From positions 272,056 to 336,055 of the forward strand of contig NW_013657660.1 in NCBI RefSeq assembly GCF_000142905.1: DNA of 64,000 bases. The letters run 5' to 3'. Made by a program: the position numbers and the translations under genes. The notes under the pieces were generated by a model, which worked only from the letters and a program-made list of their open reading frames with translations, was not told where the DNA came from and ran no database searches. Of this stretch, positions 31,935-44,784 are shown one piece after another. Source of the DNA: Thecamonas trahens ATCC 50062. Its lineage: Eukaryota; Protista; Apusomonadida. The first letter of the stretch is position 1. Each line of letters opens with the position of its first letter.

Positions 31935-34084
31935 TCATTCAAACTCGACAGTGAGCACCGCAAGGACGTAGTCCTGGAGGATGTGGGTGGAGATGGTGAT
32001 GGCTGCGATGAGAAACTCAGGCGAGGTGAGGACCATCGAGCCAAGCTTGTGGCTCGTCGCCCTGAGGGCGGCTGAGTGCCAGGCGCGGACAATGTAGACC
32101 GAGAGCCGCGAGCAGGCGAGAGTGATGGCAACGTAGGCGGCAAAGCGTGGGAGCGACGAGGTGTGACTGACGCCGTCGGCCTCGGTGTACGGGAACACGC
32201 CCCGGTTGTGCGAGTTGTGGAGGACTACCGCGAGGATGCAGAAGCCGACGATGGTCATGGTGTCGACGATGACCTCGAAGAAATAGTCGATGGCCGACTG
32301 CTGGACAAAAACCCTGTAGCTGACCGGCTCGGGCACGAGGGTGGCAAACATGCCGAGCCGCCTCCGTAACGCCACACAGGTCCGGGTGTAGACGACAAAG
32401 AAGACGGCTGTCGTGCCGAACACGTAGATCAGCATGTCGAGTCCAAAGGCTGCGATGTTGATCACCACAATGACCGTGTACGAGTCGATCTCCAGGAACA
32501 GATTGCGCTGAAAGACGAGCCGGAAGAGATCCATGGTGAAGAGACAGAGCGGGCGGATGTCGACCTCGTGGTAGGCGTCAAACTGCGAGGTGACTCGCTT
32601 CATCACAATCTTGAGGACAAGGAGCGGGAGCGTAAAGACGACAACTGCCAGAGTCTGCTCGACTTGACCCAGCTTGCGGAGCGATGACATCTGGAGAAAC
32701 TTGGCGGCATAGAGCTGGCAAAAGACGAACGATACAAGGATAACGGCGAGGACGGCAATGAGCCACATACCGGTGTGAAAGATCGAGTGGCGGACCCGCG
32801 ATAGCCGTTGGCGTGACGCCGGATGCGCGTGCGGCCCGTTGCTCCCCTCACAGTCGGAGCTGGTGTGCGTCTGCGTCACGTCCTTGTGCTCTTCATCGAG
32901 CGACGAGATTGTCGAGAAGCCCATCGACGCGCACGACCGAGTCTCAACATCTGACGTCTCGCTGCTATTGAACTCAAGCCCACGCGCAGGATTGCTGCCT
33001 CTGGATGCAAGCGAGGTCATGGTCATTCCCGTGGTGTGCAACTGAGGCTGCGGCGGCGAGGGCGGCGGTCGCGCCGGCCGGCTCGAGGTAAAGATCGGCT
33101 CGTTGAAGATGCCCGGTGAGGGCGCAATCGGCGAGCAGAAGGAGTCATCGTCAAAGTCCGGCATGGCCATGACGGAGTCGCTGGGGTGGGGCGATCGACG
33201 AGTCCGGCTGTGGGCGACCTGTACTTGTAACTGCGGTGAGCTTGGCTCGTTCGAGCGGGGCGCGTCTGGCCGCTCAAGCTCGGTCGATCGCTGCTGCGAG
33301 AGCCGCCGCGTCCAGGCGCGAAACGGCATCGAGAGCAGCGATACAGCAGATACCAGCTCGTCTCCATTATCAGAGGTTGACGAGCTGAGCGAGTCGGAAC
33401 GGAGGTTGTCGAGCGAGGCGCTGCCGTCGAAGACAGGAAGGACCGAGTTCGACGCCTCGAGGTGCGCAAACGACGGCGAGAGCTGCTTCCGAAAGTAAAA
33501 GGCCTGCGATGGAACCACTTGGAGCGCGAACGAACCTCGGCCCGCCAGAAGGAGACTAGATCAGGCTCGTTGGTCAGCTTCCAAGCTTCGTACATGAGAA
33601 AGCCTAGCGCGGGAGAAAAGGTAGCGAGCACGACGAGCGGAAACACCATCCGCCGAGACCACCAATCAAAGTACAGCACAATGCTGCGAAAGATCACGTC
33701 GAGCACAACAGTAATGCAAGTCCACAAGACAAGCTTACGTGAGCTCGGCAGCGGGAGGACAAGGCCGTAAAAGGCGAAGCCAACGCCCGTCGCAATGATG
33801 TTGTAAGGCATCATGACGACGGTGAGATACAACCAAACGTTGGTTTTGCGCGATTGTGTCGGCTTGTGGTCAAACCTGGTCTCGGTCGTCATTGGCATCA
33901 TCAGCCAGACGACAACCACCGCAAGCGGCATCCATTGGACCGCCATATATCGCCATTGGTCGCGCCACGAGCCCGGCCATACCTGCTTCCATGACCATGG
34001 CGAGATGCGAGTGTCTGCAGTTTCCCGCGTCGGTTGCGTGACCCCGGTGCAAGTGCGGGGCTGGTTGATTGCCGGCGAGTTCAT
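31935..34084 (-). CDS. Multi-pass membrane protein of unknown function with large Ser-rich central loop
   Basis: Two TM-rich ORFs (33023-34195 and 31935-33518) joined by a possible 32-nt GTTCGT..GCAG intron (about 33535-33504) or a -1 frameshift. Confidence 0.6.
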
Positions 34085-34315
34085 AGCAAACAGCGAGAGG
34101 TACTTGACAAACGCCAATCTGACGAACCAATTTGATGAGATTGTGCCGAGTCGCCTTTTTTCTCCGCTCGCCGCTCGCCGCTCGCCTCTCACCACTCACC
34201 ACTTTCGCCCGTTCGCCCGTTTGGGCGAACTGGATTTGTTTCCGGCCAGAGCCAGAGGTGGGCCCGATCTCGCTCGCTGGCGTGGGTGTGGGCGCATACT
34301 CAACTTGACCTCAAC

Positions 34316-35544
<1,229 letters not shown>

Positions 35545-35948
35545 TCTTCCGCACTTCCTGCATAAACTCCCTCCCCCCATTTCGCACCTCTGCCCACACC
35601 GCCTGTGCTGCACTCGTCCACACAACTAGTTGCAAAAGGTCGGTTGCCCAGGCCGAGTGCTTGCCACGCGGGCACGTGACGCACTTTTTGGCCCGCCATG
35701 TCGAGTACGTTGCAGCCCCTCCCAGCCCCTCCTCGCCCATGCTGAGCACCCAAACATGGTCGGAGTGGATGTGTAGCACTATTGTACATGCCTCTCCCTC
35801 TTCTCCTCACCCCTGTCTCCTTCCTAGCAGCTGCTGTCACCGCTACCGGCGACGGCGCGCCCTGGCTGGCCATCGACCGCCCCTTCCCTCCCCCTCCTCA
35901 CCCTCACCCTCACCCTCACCCTCACCCACGGTACTTCGCGTAGAACCC

Positions 35949-37691
35949 ATGTCGGAGCAAGAGGAGCAGCTGGAGGCGTATCAGAAGATCGAGTCGCTGC
36001 TGCTTGCGGCGGGATTCTTCCGGGTCCGCATCGCGGCGCTGTCCAAGTTTGACAAGGTTGTGGGCGGGCTGGCATGGGCGATTGCTAACTGCGGCACGTC
36101 GGCCGACGTCAACGACGTGGTGTTTGTGGAGAACTCGTCGCTGCGGCAAAAGGTGCGGATTGCAGACACCATTCTGCGGGCGCTGCAAAAGATGAAGTGC
36201 CCATTCCCACTCGCTTCGCAGCACATCCAGGGATCCAACTTTATCGAGCTCTTCAAGCCGATCCAGTGGCTCGTCAAAAAGGTGCTGGAGAACCGGTCCG
36301 AGACCGGCGACTACATGCGGCGCTTTGCCGAGTCGCAGTTTGACAAGTTCAACGCGCTGCCCGAAGACGTGCTCCGTGAGCGCTCGCTCAAGCCCGCCTC
36401 CGAGTACGCCAAGCACGTGGTGGAGCGGTACAAGCCGAAGCGCGGGTATCGGCCGACGATCTCGCTCCGCGAGCGGCCCGAGGATGAGCAGGCGACCTCG
36501 GTCCTCCTTGAGTTTGGCCACCGGTACCGGCTCTCCAAGGCCTCGTCGGGTTCGGCCGAGGAGCAGGAGCGGCTGGCGCGGATGGCGGCCGAGGAGGCCG
36601 AGCGGCTGAACGAGATGATGTCGTCGCTAGCCCAGGTCTCGGGCAAGGGCATCGCGTCGTCGATCATGGGCTCTATGTTTGGCGACACGTCAGACATGGA
36701 GGCTGTCGACGACTCGGCCGAGCGCCTGGCCGAGCTCAAGCGGAAGCAGGCCGAGAGCCGCGAGGCCGCGTTTGTCAACAAGCGCGCCGCACTCATGCAG
36801 CGCATTGCCGCGCTGAAGGCCGAGGCCGAGGCTGCCGCCGCCGAGCTCGCCGCTGCCGAGGAACGCAACGCCGAGGGTGCCACCCGCCTGCAGGCCAAGG
36901 TCGAGTACAACGCCAACGTTGTGGCCGAGACGCAGAAGCTTCTCGACCTCGAGACGCCCGAGAACGCTCACATTGTGGCCCAACTGCGCAAGCTCTACTC
37001 GCTCGTCGACAACCTCGAGCTGCAGCACACGTTTTTCCGCTCCTCCTGCGCCGCACAAAAGGCCGAGCTCGAGGCAACCATCGCCCGGATCAAGGCCGAG
37101 GGCCCCAACTCGGCCGTCGCCCAGCGGCTGGCCCAGCTACAGTCTGCCGAGGCTGCCGAGCAGCACAAGCTCGACCGCCTCCGCGCAGCGTACGCCAAAA
37201 AGATCCGCGACATTGCCCTCGTCGAGCGCAAGATCGACGAGCTCCCATCTCGGGCCGAGCTCAACCAGTACCAGCGGCGGTTTGTCGAGCTCTACGAGCT
37301 CGTCGCTTCCAAGCACATCGAGACCAAGCGGTTCTACGCTACGTTCAACACCCTCACCTCGGTCCATGAGTACCTTGACAAGGAGGTCGAGTACGTCGAG
37401 TCCATCGCAGAATCGTACCGCGCCGTGTTCAAGGTCAAGAAGCCAAAGTCCAAGGCCAAGGCTCAGTTTGTGGCCCACGTCGAGGAGCTCGCAAACTCGC
37501 TCGGCTCAATCCTTGAGCGCGCCAAGGACCAAGCTGCCAACGAGAAGGCCAACCGCGACGGCCTCAATGCGCTTTATCTCAAGCAGGTCGACATCGAGCG
37601 CAAGTACTTCCAGGCCGTCAAGGCGTTTGAGAAGGAGTGCGGCAAGAACGAGCTGCTCATGACCCAGTTGGTGGCCGAGGCTGAGGCCTGA
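35949..37691 (+). CDS. CCDC93: CCC/Commander complex subunit CCDC93
   Basis: LLLAAGFFRVRI..FDKVVGGLAWAI, CPFPL..HIQG, IQWLVKK, IDELPSRAELNQYQRRFVELY. Confidence 0.92.
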   Translation: MSEQEEQLEAYQKIESLLLAAGFFRVRIAALSKFDKVVGGLAWAIANCGTSADVNDVVFVENSSLRQKVRIADTILRALQKMKCPFPLASQHIQGSNFIELFKPIQWLVKKVLENRSETGDYMRRFAESQFDKFNALPEDVLRERSLKPASEYAKHVVERYKPKRGYRPTISLRERPEDEQATSVLLEFGHRYRLSKASSGSAEEQERLARMAAEEAERLNEMMSSLAQVSGKGIASSIMGSMFGDTSDMEAVDDSAERLAELKRKQAESREAAFVNKRAALMQRIAALKAEAEAAAAELAAAEERNAEGATRLQAKVEYNANVVAETQKLLDLETPENAHIVAQLRKLYSLVDNLELQHTFFRSSCAAQKAELEATIARIKAEGPNSAVAQRLAQLQSAEAAEQHKLDRLRAAYAKKIRDIALVERKIDELPSRAELNQYQRRFVELYELVASKHIETKRFYATFNTLTSVHEYLDKEVEYVESIAESYRAVFKVKKPKSKAKAQFVAHVEELANSLGSILERAKDQAANEKANRDGLNALYLKQVDIERKYFQAVKAFEKECGKNELLMTQLVAEAEA

Positions 37692-37743
37692 CCACCGTCG
37701 GCAGTTGCCGTAAAACAAGCAGAGGGCGAGAGCCGAGTCGCAG

Positions 37744-38926
37744 TCACAACCCAGCTAGCCACACAGCCACTGCAGGCGCTAGCACGCTCGGCGCCGCCCC
37801 AGCGTCTGTCAGCAGCGGAGCGCTGGCGAGGTCGTCGAGTCCGGCGCGGGCGGTCGGATCCTGGACGAGGGCGAGGGCGACAAAGTCAGCAAGCGCAGCC
37901 GGGTAGTCGTGAGGCAGGACCGCAGGGTCGAGTGCCGGCGGAGGCGAGTGGATGATGGCCGTGTTGAGGGCAAACATCGAGAGCTGGGCGCGCTCACCGC
38001 CACGGCAGCTCTGGACAAGCGGGTGGTAGCCGAGCGCGAGCTCGACCAGCGTCATGCCGAGCGACCAGACGTCAGCCTTGACAGTGTATGGATCGCCGGC
38101 GCCCGAGAGCGTTTCGGGCGCGGCATAGAGGGTGTTGCCGGCCACCGTCAGCGCGCGGCTCCGCCGAAGCTCACCCGACTCGCCAAAATCGGCCAGCTTG
38201 AGCTTGCCGGCAGAGTTGACCAGAATGTTGTCCGGCTTGATGTCGCGGTGCATGAGTGATGCGGCCTTGAGAAAGATCATTGCCCTCGTCACGCATCCAG
38301 CCGCTGCCACCAGCACCGCGCCCGGTAGCGGCGTGTCGCCCACCCGCGCCGCCAGGCTCGCCAGATCGCCGCCGTCCATGTACTCCATGCAGATAAACAG
38401 GTGATGATCTGCGAAAAACGCGCCGCGAAACCGCACTACGTCCGGGCATGCCCGCGCCTTGTACAGGCTCCGCAGCTCTTTGACGTGCCTCCGCCGTGAT
38501 GCCGCCAGCGATGCCCCGGTCTCCACCGCCACTTCCTTCACCGCCAGCTGACTCCCGTCCACGCTATTGCTGCAATTCCACACCACCCCAAACGATCCGC
38601 CGCCAAGCCGCTCGCCAAACTCAAGCTCGTACTGCGCCACCCCGTCCATGCACACCTCATCGGCGTCGAGCAACGTCTGCATCTGCGGCCCGCCGGCCGC
38701 CACCGACGCCTGCGACGTCATCACCACCCGGTACTGCGCCGAGATAGGAACCACCACCCCGGCTGCGTTGCCCAGCGCCTTGCCCTCCTCATCCAGCAGC
38801 GTCCCGGACTTGGAGATCTCATCCCGCCGCTTGCCGAGCTCAATGGTGAGTCCACCTACCGCCGCCTGTCCTGCAGCAGCCCGACCTGCAGCTTTAGGGC
38901 CCTTGACATCGATCTTGAGCCCAGGT

Positions 38927-38957
<31 letters not shown>

Positions 38958-39078
38958 ACGATGATGGCGGCGGCGGCGATGGACTGAGATCAGCCTGAGT
39001 CTGCACCGCCTCGATCCTCACCCGACGCACTTGGCCAGCCTTCTTCCCCCTCTGCAGCCAACCTCCGTCCCTTGGCTG
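37744..39078 (-). CDS. MAP kinase kinase (STE7/MEK family); true start possibly ATG 39140 via a -1 shift
   Basis: LGGGSFGVV, LAVKE, CMEYMDGGDL, HRDIKPDNILVNSAGKLKLADFGESG, activation loop SRALT, KADVWSLGMTLVELALG. Confidence 0.85.
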
Positions 39079-39637
39079 CTACCCGCCATCGCACCTGTCG
39101 GATCTACGCCTCTGGCAGACGCCTTGGACGAGTCGGCCATGACCGCCCGAGAAGACGTGGGGGAGGACTTGTGGTGTACCACCGACGTCAACCGTGGTTA
39201 TGCAAGAGGTCGTGGGTGTGGGTGGCAGGGAATGGCGTCAATGTGGGAGAATGTGAAAGGGAGGGGAGTGTGGCGTGTGACGGCGATGCGTCGAGGGCGA
39301 GGTTGAGGGCGTAGGGCCAGGGCTGAGGCGGGCGCAGCCAGCGGTGGCCGGCGGCAGGAGCAGCAAAGGGCCGGCGGTCGTACCGAGTCACCGACCGAAT
39401 GACCGGAGAGCCACCCGCACCACCACCATGGCCACCGCTGACACCACCTTCCTCACCACCGCCACCACCCCACCACCACCACCACCACCAACAAGAGAAG
39501 GGCTGTAGTGATTGCGCGTGAGTGGACCACCGCCAACGTCACTGTCTCTAGACCGTCTCCAATCCCTCCCCCCCCCCCCCCTCCTTCCCGTCTCCCCCCC
39601 CCCCCCCCCCTCCCGCACCCGTCACCAATCACCACAC

Positions 39638-40722
39638 ATGGCAGATGCACAGGAGAGCACCGCCTTCCGTGGCTGGCTGCTGAAGCGTGGAGGTCTTCGC
39701 AAGTCATGGAAGCGGCGGTGGTTTGTACTGGAGAACAAGAGACTCTCGTACTTCAAGAGTCAGGATGAGGATAAGGCTGCCCTTGGTACCATCGATCTCG
39801 CCGTCTACACCTGTGTCGACTTTGTGCCACTCGAGGTTCATGGCAAGGCCAACGAGTTTAAGATCGAAGGCCCCGATCTGCGCACCTACTTTTTCATGGC
39901 ACCGAGTGCTCTGGTACGTATGGAGGGATGTGGGCGCAGTATCGTGGTGTTGGGCGTTTTGCAGGTGGCGCGGGCACAGGACGACTCACAGCAAACCAGC
40001 TCCAAAGTGAGTGGTGCGTGGCCATCGCCGGCAAAGGTGTCGGTGCCTCCGCGGTGGTGCAGAAAAAGGTGGATGCGGCGGCAAAGGTTCATGTCGTACT
40101 CGAGCCGAACGGCTTGCCCAACGGGTACGACGTGTTCATGTCCAAGGATCCCATGCCAGCCGAGGCCGTCCCGCCCATCGCCAAAGACTCGTTGTTCCGG
40201 TATCGGGCCATGGTGCGGCACGAGAGTAAGGCTAAGACGACCAAGGTCATGTTTGTGCTCACTTCGGAGGGCTTTTCAATTGTCGAGGGCGAGACCGAGA
40301 CGCTGTACAAGATCAAGGCAATTGTCAAGTACCTGTTCAAGCCGGAGAAGCGGCTCTTCCGCTTTGTCACCAAGCACAATGACGAGAGCATCCAGACTAT
40401 TTGCTTCTTCTCCTCCGGCGCACTCGTCGAGCACCTGGAAACCACTATTGCGGCAATGATCCAGGCCTTGCTCGCCGACACCGGCATTCTCTCCACCGTC
40501 CTCTTTGACTTTGAGTCGGAGGATGAGGACGAGCTCAACGTCAAGCGCGGCGACCGCATCGCCGTCCTCGAGGTATTTGACGATGGCTGGCTCCTCGGCT
40601 CGCTTGGCGACGGCACAACCGGCATGATCCCAGTCTCGCATGTGTACTCGGATGCCAAGGTCATCCAGAACGCCCGCAGAAAGGCCGAGCGCAAGCTGAA
40701 GCGGATGACCGCCGCGTCGTAG
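39638..40722 (+). CDS. PH domain + SH3 domain adaptor protein; intron 39914-39999
   Basis: PH: GWLLKRGGLRKSWKRRWFVL..EW; SH3: VLFDFESEDEDELNVKRGD..DGWLLG..GMIPVSHV. Confidence 0.85.
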
Positions 40723-40728
40723 TTCTGG

Positions 40729-41859
40729 TCACGTCTCGACCGAGACAGCAAAGAAGCCTGCAACAACAAGGCACGCTCCGAGGATGTAGACAAAGGTAAA
40801 GTGCGCGTCAGAGGTGAACAGCGCCTGGGTCACCATCGCCAACGGAATGGTAAGCGAGAGCCCGATAGTGGCCACCAGCGGCGTCGTGAGCATGACCGCG
40901 TACAGCCAGAGCAGGTCGGAGAGCACCGTGCCGAGCAGGCCGTTGAGGAGAAGAAAGCCCCAAACCGGCGGGCTCGGCCATGCAAACATCTCCAGCCCCG
41001 TCACCGAGAGCAATACGCCCAGCGGCCAGGCGAGGAGAAGGACAAAGACGCCGACGAGGCCAAAGAGCATCGGCATCGACACGCGCGACTCATGCCGCAC
41101 CGCCCGCTTGAGGTAAACCACATACGCGCCGTAGCCGGCGGCCGAGCCCAGCGAGAGCGCATCGCCCCACAGTGAGTCGCGCTGCCCGCTGTCGCTCTCG
41201 CCCGAGTCCGCCAGCGCCACGCAGGTCACGCCGCCGACCACAAGCACCACCGCCACGCCCTTGGCCACCGTCGGCCGCTCCACACCCGCCAGCCAGCCGA
41301 GGCCAAAGGTAAAAAGCCCGCTCGTCGATGAGATGATTGTGTTTGACGAGACAGTCGTCAGCGTCAGCGCCGCGTTGAACGCGTAGTTGGCCGCAAACCA
41401 GAGGGCCGCCACCACGCCGGCAATCTGGACCAGCTCGCGCATCGTGAGCGGAGGCAGCTCAGCGCCGTCTCCCATCGCTCGCGAAACAGTAACCTCTTCC
41501 ACCACTGCTGCACTGCCGCCGGATCGCCTGGCCTCCGCTCGCCTGCGATCGCGCTGGACAAGCAGCGCGACGGCGTCGGTGTTGGCGTCGGCGCCCGGCG
41601 CCCGGCGCTCGCGCCACCCGCTGCGCGCCATCGCCCTCCATGACGGCCGAACAAAGCCAACCATATATACCGAAAACAGCGACGAGGCCAGATACGTGAC
41701 AAAGAATGGCTTGGAGAACCCGCCACCATCGTAAATGTGCTGCATCAGGTACGACGAGCCGACCCAGAGCGAGACGACCACTCCCAGCAAGAGGCACCCG
41801 AGCCCGCGCCGGAGCCACGGCACGCCGCTCACCTCGACCTCCTCGCCAGCCTCCTCCAT
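40729..41859 (-). CDS. SLC35F5: SLC35F5 / YML018C-like DMT transporter
   Basis: LWVGSS, FSKPFFVTY, LWFAANY, TIISSTSGLFT, GTVLSDLLW..LTTPLVATIGLSLTIPLAM. Confidence 0.85.
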   Translation of the reverse strand: MEEAGEEVEVSGVPWLRRGLGCLLLGVVVSLWVGSSYLMQHIYDGGGFSKPFFVTYLASSLFSVYMVGFVRPSWRAMARSGWRERRAPGADANTDAVALLVQRDRRRAEARRSGGSAAVVEEVTVSRAMGDGAELPPLTMRELVQIAGVVAALWFAANYAFNAALTLTTVSSNTIISSTSGLFTFGLGWLAGVERPTVAKGVAVVLVVGGVTCVALADSGESDSGQRDSLWGDALSLGSAAGYGAYVVYLKRAVRHESRVSMPMLFGLVGVFVLLLAWPLGVLLSVTGLEMFAWPSPPVWGFLLLNGLLGTVLSDLLWLYAVMLTTPLVATIGLSLTIPLAMVTQALFTSDAHFTFVYILGACLVVAGFFAVSVET

Positions 41860-42265
41860 CTCGTTGTGCTACGCAGGGGGAGAGAGCCACGAGAGGTGAT
41901 GGTGGTTTGTTGTTGTTTCTGCCTCGAAAGGCGGTCCCTGCCCACCTTCGGATCGGCTCGTGCCAGAGGCCAAGGCCAGCAGCCATGTCCACCAGCCGAT
42001 TATGGAAGTATGATGGGCAGGCGATGGGGGGTTGGGTTGTCGTAGGGGTTGGAAGTATGTGCTACTGTCAATACTCTGCTACACCCTGATAGCCATGCCA
42101 TTATCCGTGGCTTTCGTTTTACCCAGCGTGGCTTCCCTCTCCTCTGGGTGCGCCTGTGGTTTGGCTCCGGAATCAGAGTTACCATGGAGGAAGTAGCACC
42201 AGCAACCACAAAACGGCCGGAAGTATATGGTCCGAGTTATAGACACTCCTCCTCCGAGCTGCGAC

Positions 42266-43187
<922 letters not shown>

Positions 43188-43428
43188 TTGCCTCGTCGCC
43201 CGCTCGCGTCGTCGCCTGGGCCGGAAGAAGTAGCGAAGAGGGCAAGGGAAACGGTGGCGATGCCCCCCCCCCCCCCCCTCTCCAACATGAACTGACACAT
43301 GTTGTAGCCCGAGCCCTGCCAGCGACCTATGAACGAGTCGTCGCCGCCGAGTCGTCGCGTAGTCGCCTTCCTCACACTCCACTCAACCACCCCCACGGCC
43401 ACCCCCACGGCCACCCCATCTCACGACC

Positions 43429-44726
43429 ATGGACCTGTTCTGGGGCAACCCCCTGAGCGAGCCTCCGTCTTCGTCCGAGGCGCCTGCAAGCTCTGCGCCT
43501 GCAAGCTCCGCGCCTCCACCCGCCACGTCGTCGGCAGACGCCACACCACGCCCGACTACCGAAGCCGAGGCCCGAGCCGAGCCTGGTGGCGGCTCGTCGT
43601 GGTGGGGCCTCATCGATACGATCAAGGGCAAAGTAAGGACCGCACCTCCTGCCCCCCTGCCTTTCTCCCTCTCTCTGCCGCACACGGCACTCACACCCCG
43701 CTCGCGCCCGCCTCGTCGTAGTCGACCGAGATCCTCGAGGTCTACAAGCGCGACCTTGGCGAGTTTGTCTCGACCATATCTGAAGATACTCGCGAGTCGC
43801 TACATGCAGCGGCGTCTGCTGTCCGCGGCGAGCGCGGTGAGCACGGTGACGCCGATGGCTCGTTGCCGGGCTCACGGCCAGGCTCGGCATCCGGTGACTC
43901 GTCTGCCCGCCGCCAAGCTGGTGACGACGTCGGCCTTGCTGCGCTCTCACGCTTTGACGCCGCCCTGCACAAGCTTCAGTGCGATCCGGCGACGTTCTGC
44001 CATGATCCGGAGCCCGAAGCAGAGTATCAGGCCTGGCTTGCAGACTTTGACGTCGACAGCAAGACCGCAGACATTGCCGAGCTGCTCAAGGTCTCCGAAT
44101 CGGTCCGCACCCTCCACACCCGCCTGGTCCCGAGCTCGCTGCCCTACGCCGACTTTTGGGCTCACTACTACTTCAACGTCCACCGTCTTGAGCAGGAACA
44201 AGCGCGGCGCGCTAAGCTTGTCGAGCGAGCCCAGGCTTCCGACGACGACGAGCTTGGCGGGTGGGGCACCGACGACGATGACGACGACGACGAGCCTGGC
44301 GAGCTGAATGATGGCGAGCTCGGGGCTGCCACCGATCGCGATGGAAGCAGCACTGAGCTGGTTTCTGCCGATGTCACTCCTGTGCCTCAGCCTGCCCCTG
44401 TGGCCGAGCCCGTGTCCAAGGCCGAGGCCGAGGCCGAGCCTGCATCCGCGGCCGAGGCCGAGGTCGAGGCTGCATCCGTGGCCGAGGCCAAGCCCGTGGC
44501 CGAGGCCGAACCCGTGGCCGAGCCTGTGGCCGAGGCCGAACCCATGGCCGAGCCCGTGGCCGAGGCCGAACCCATGGCCGAGCCCGTGGCCGAGGCCGAA
44601 CCCATGGCCGAGCCCGTGGCCGAGCCTGCACCTGTTACTGCTACGACTCGTCTGGCGCTCGCCGATGAGACTGGTGACATCGACGACGGCGACGATGATG
44701 ACGATGGCTGGCTCGACTGGGAGTAG
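43429..44726 (+). CDS. BSDC1: BSD domain protein (BSDC1/Dos2-like); intron 43633-43721
   Basis: SWWG..K|STEILEVYKRDLGEF; BSD domain LVPSSLPYADFWAHYYF; acidic tail ending in DWE. Confidence 0.85.
44495..44626 (+). repeat. Coding 30-bp tandem repeat encoding (AEPVAEAEPM)n, about 4 copies
   Basis: gccgagcccgtggccgaggccgaacccatg repeated. Confidence 0.85.
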
Positions 44727-44784
44727 ATGGTGACCGGAAGCATGATATGCATCGAACAAACGTGTTATTGAGCCAAGATCGTCA

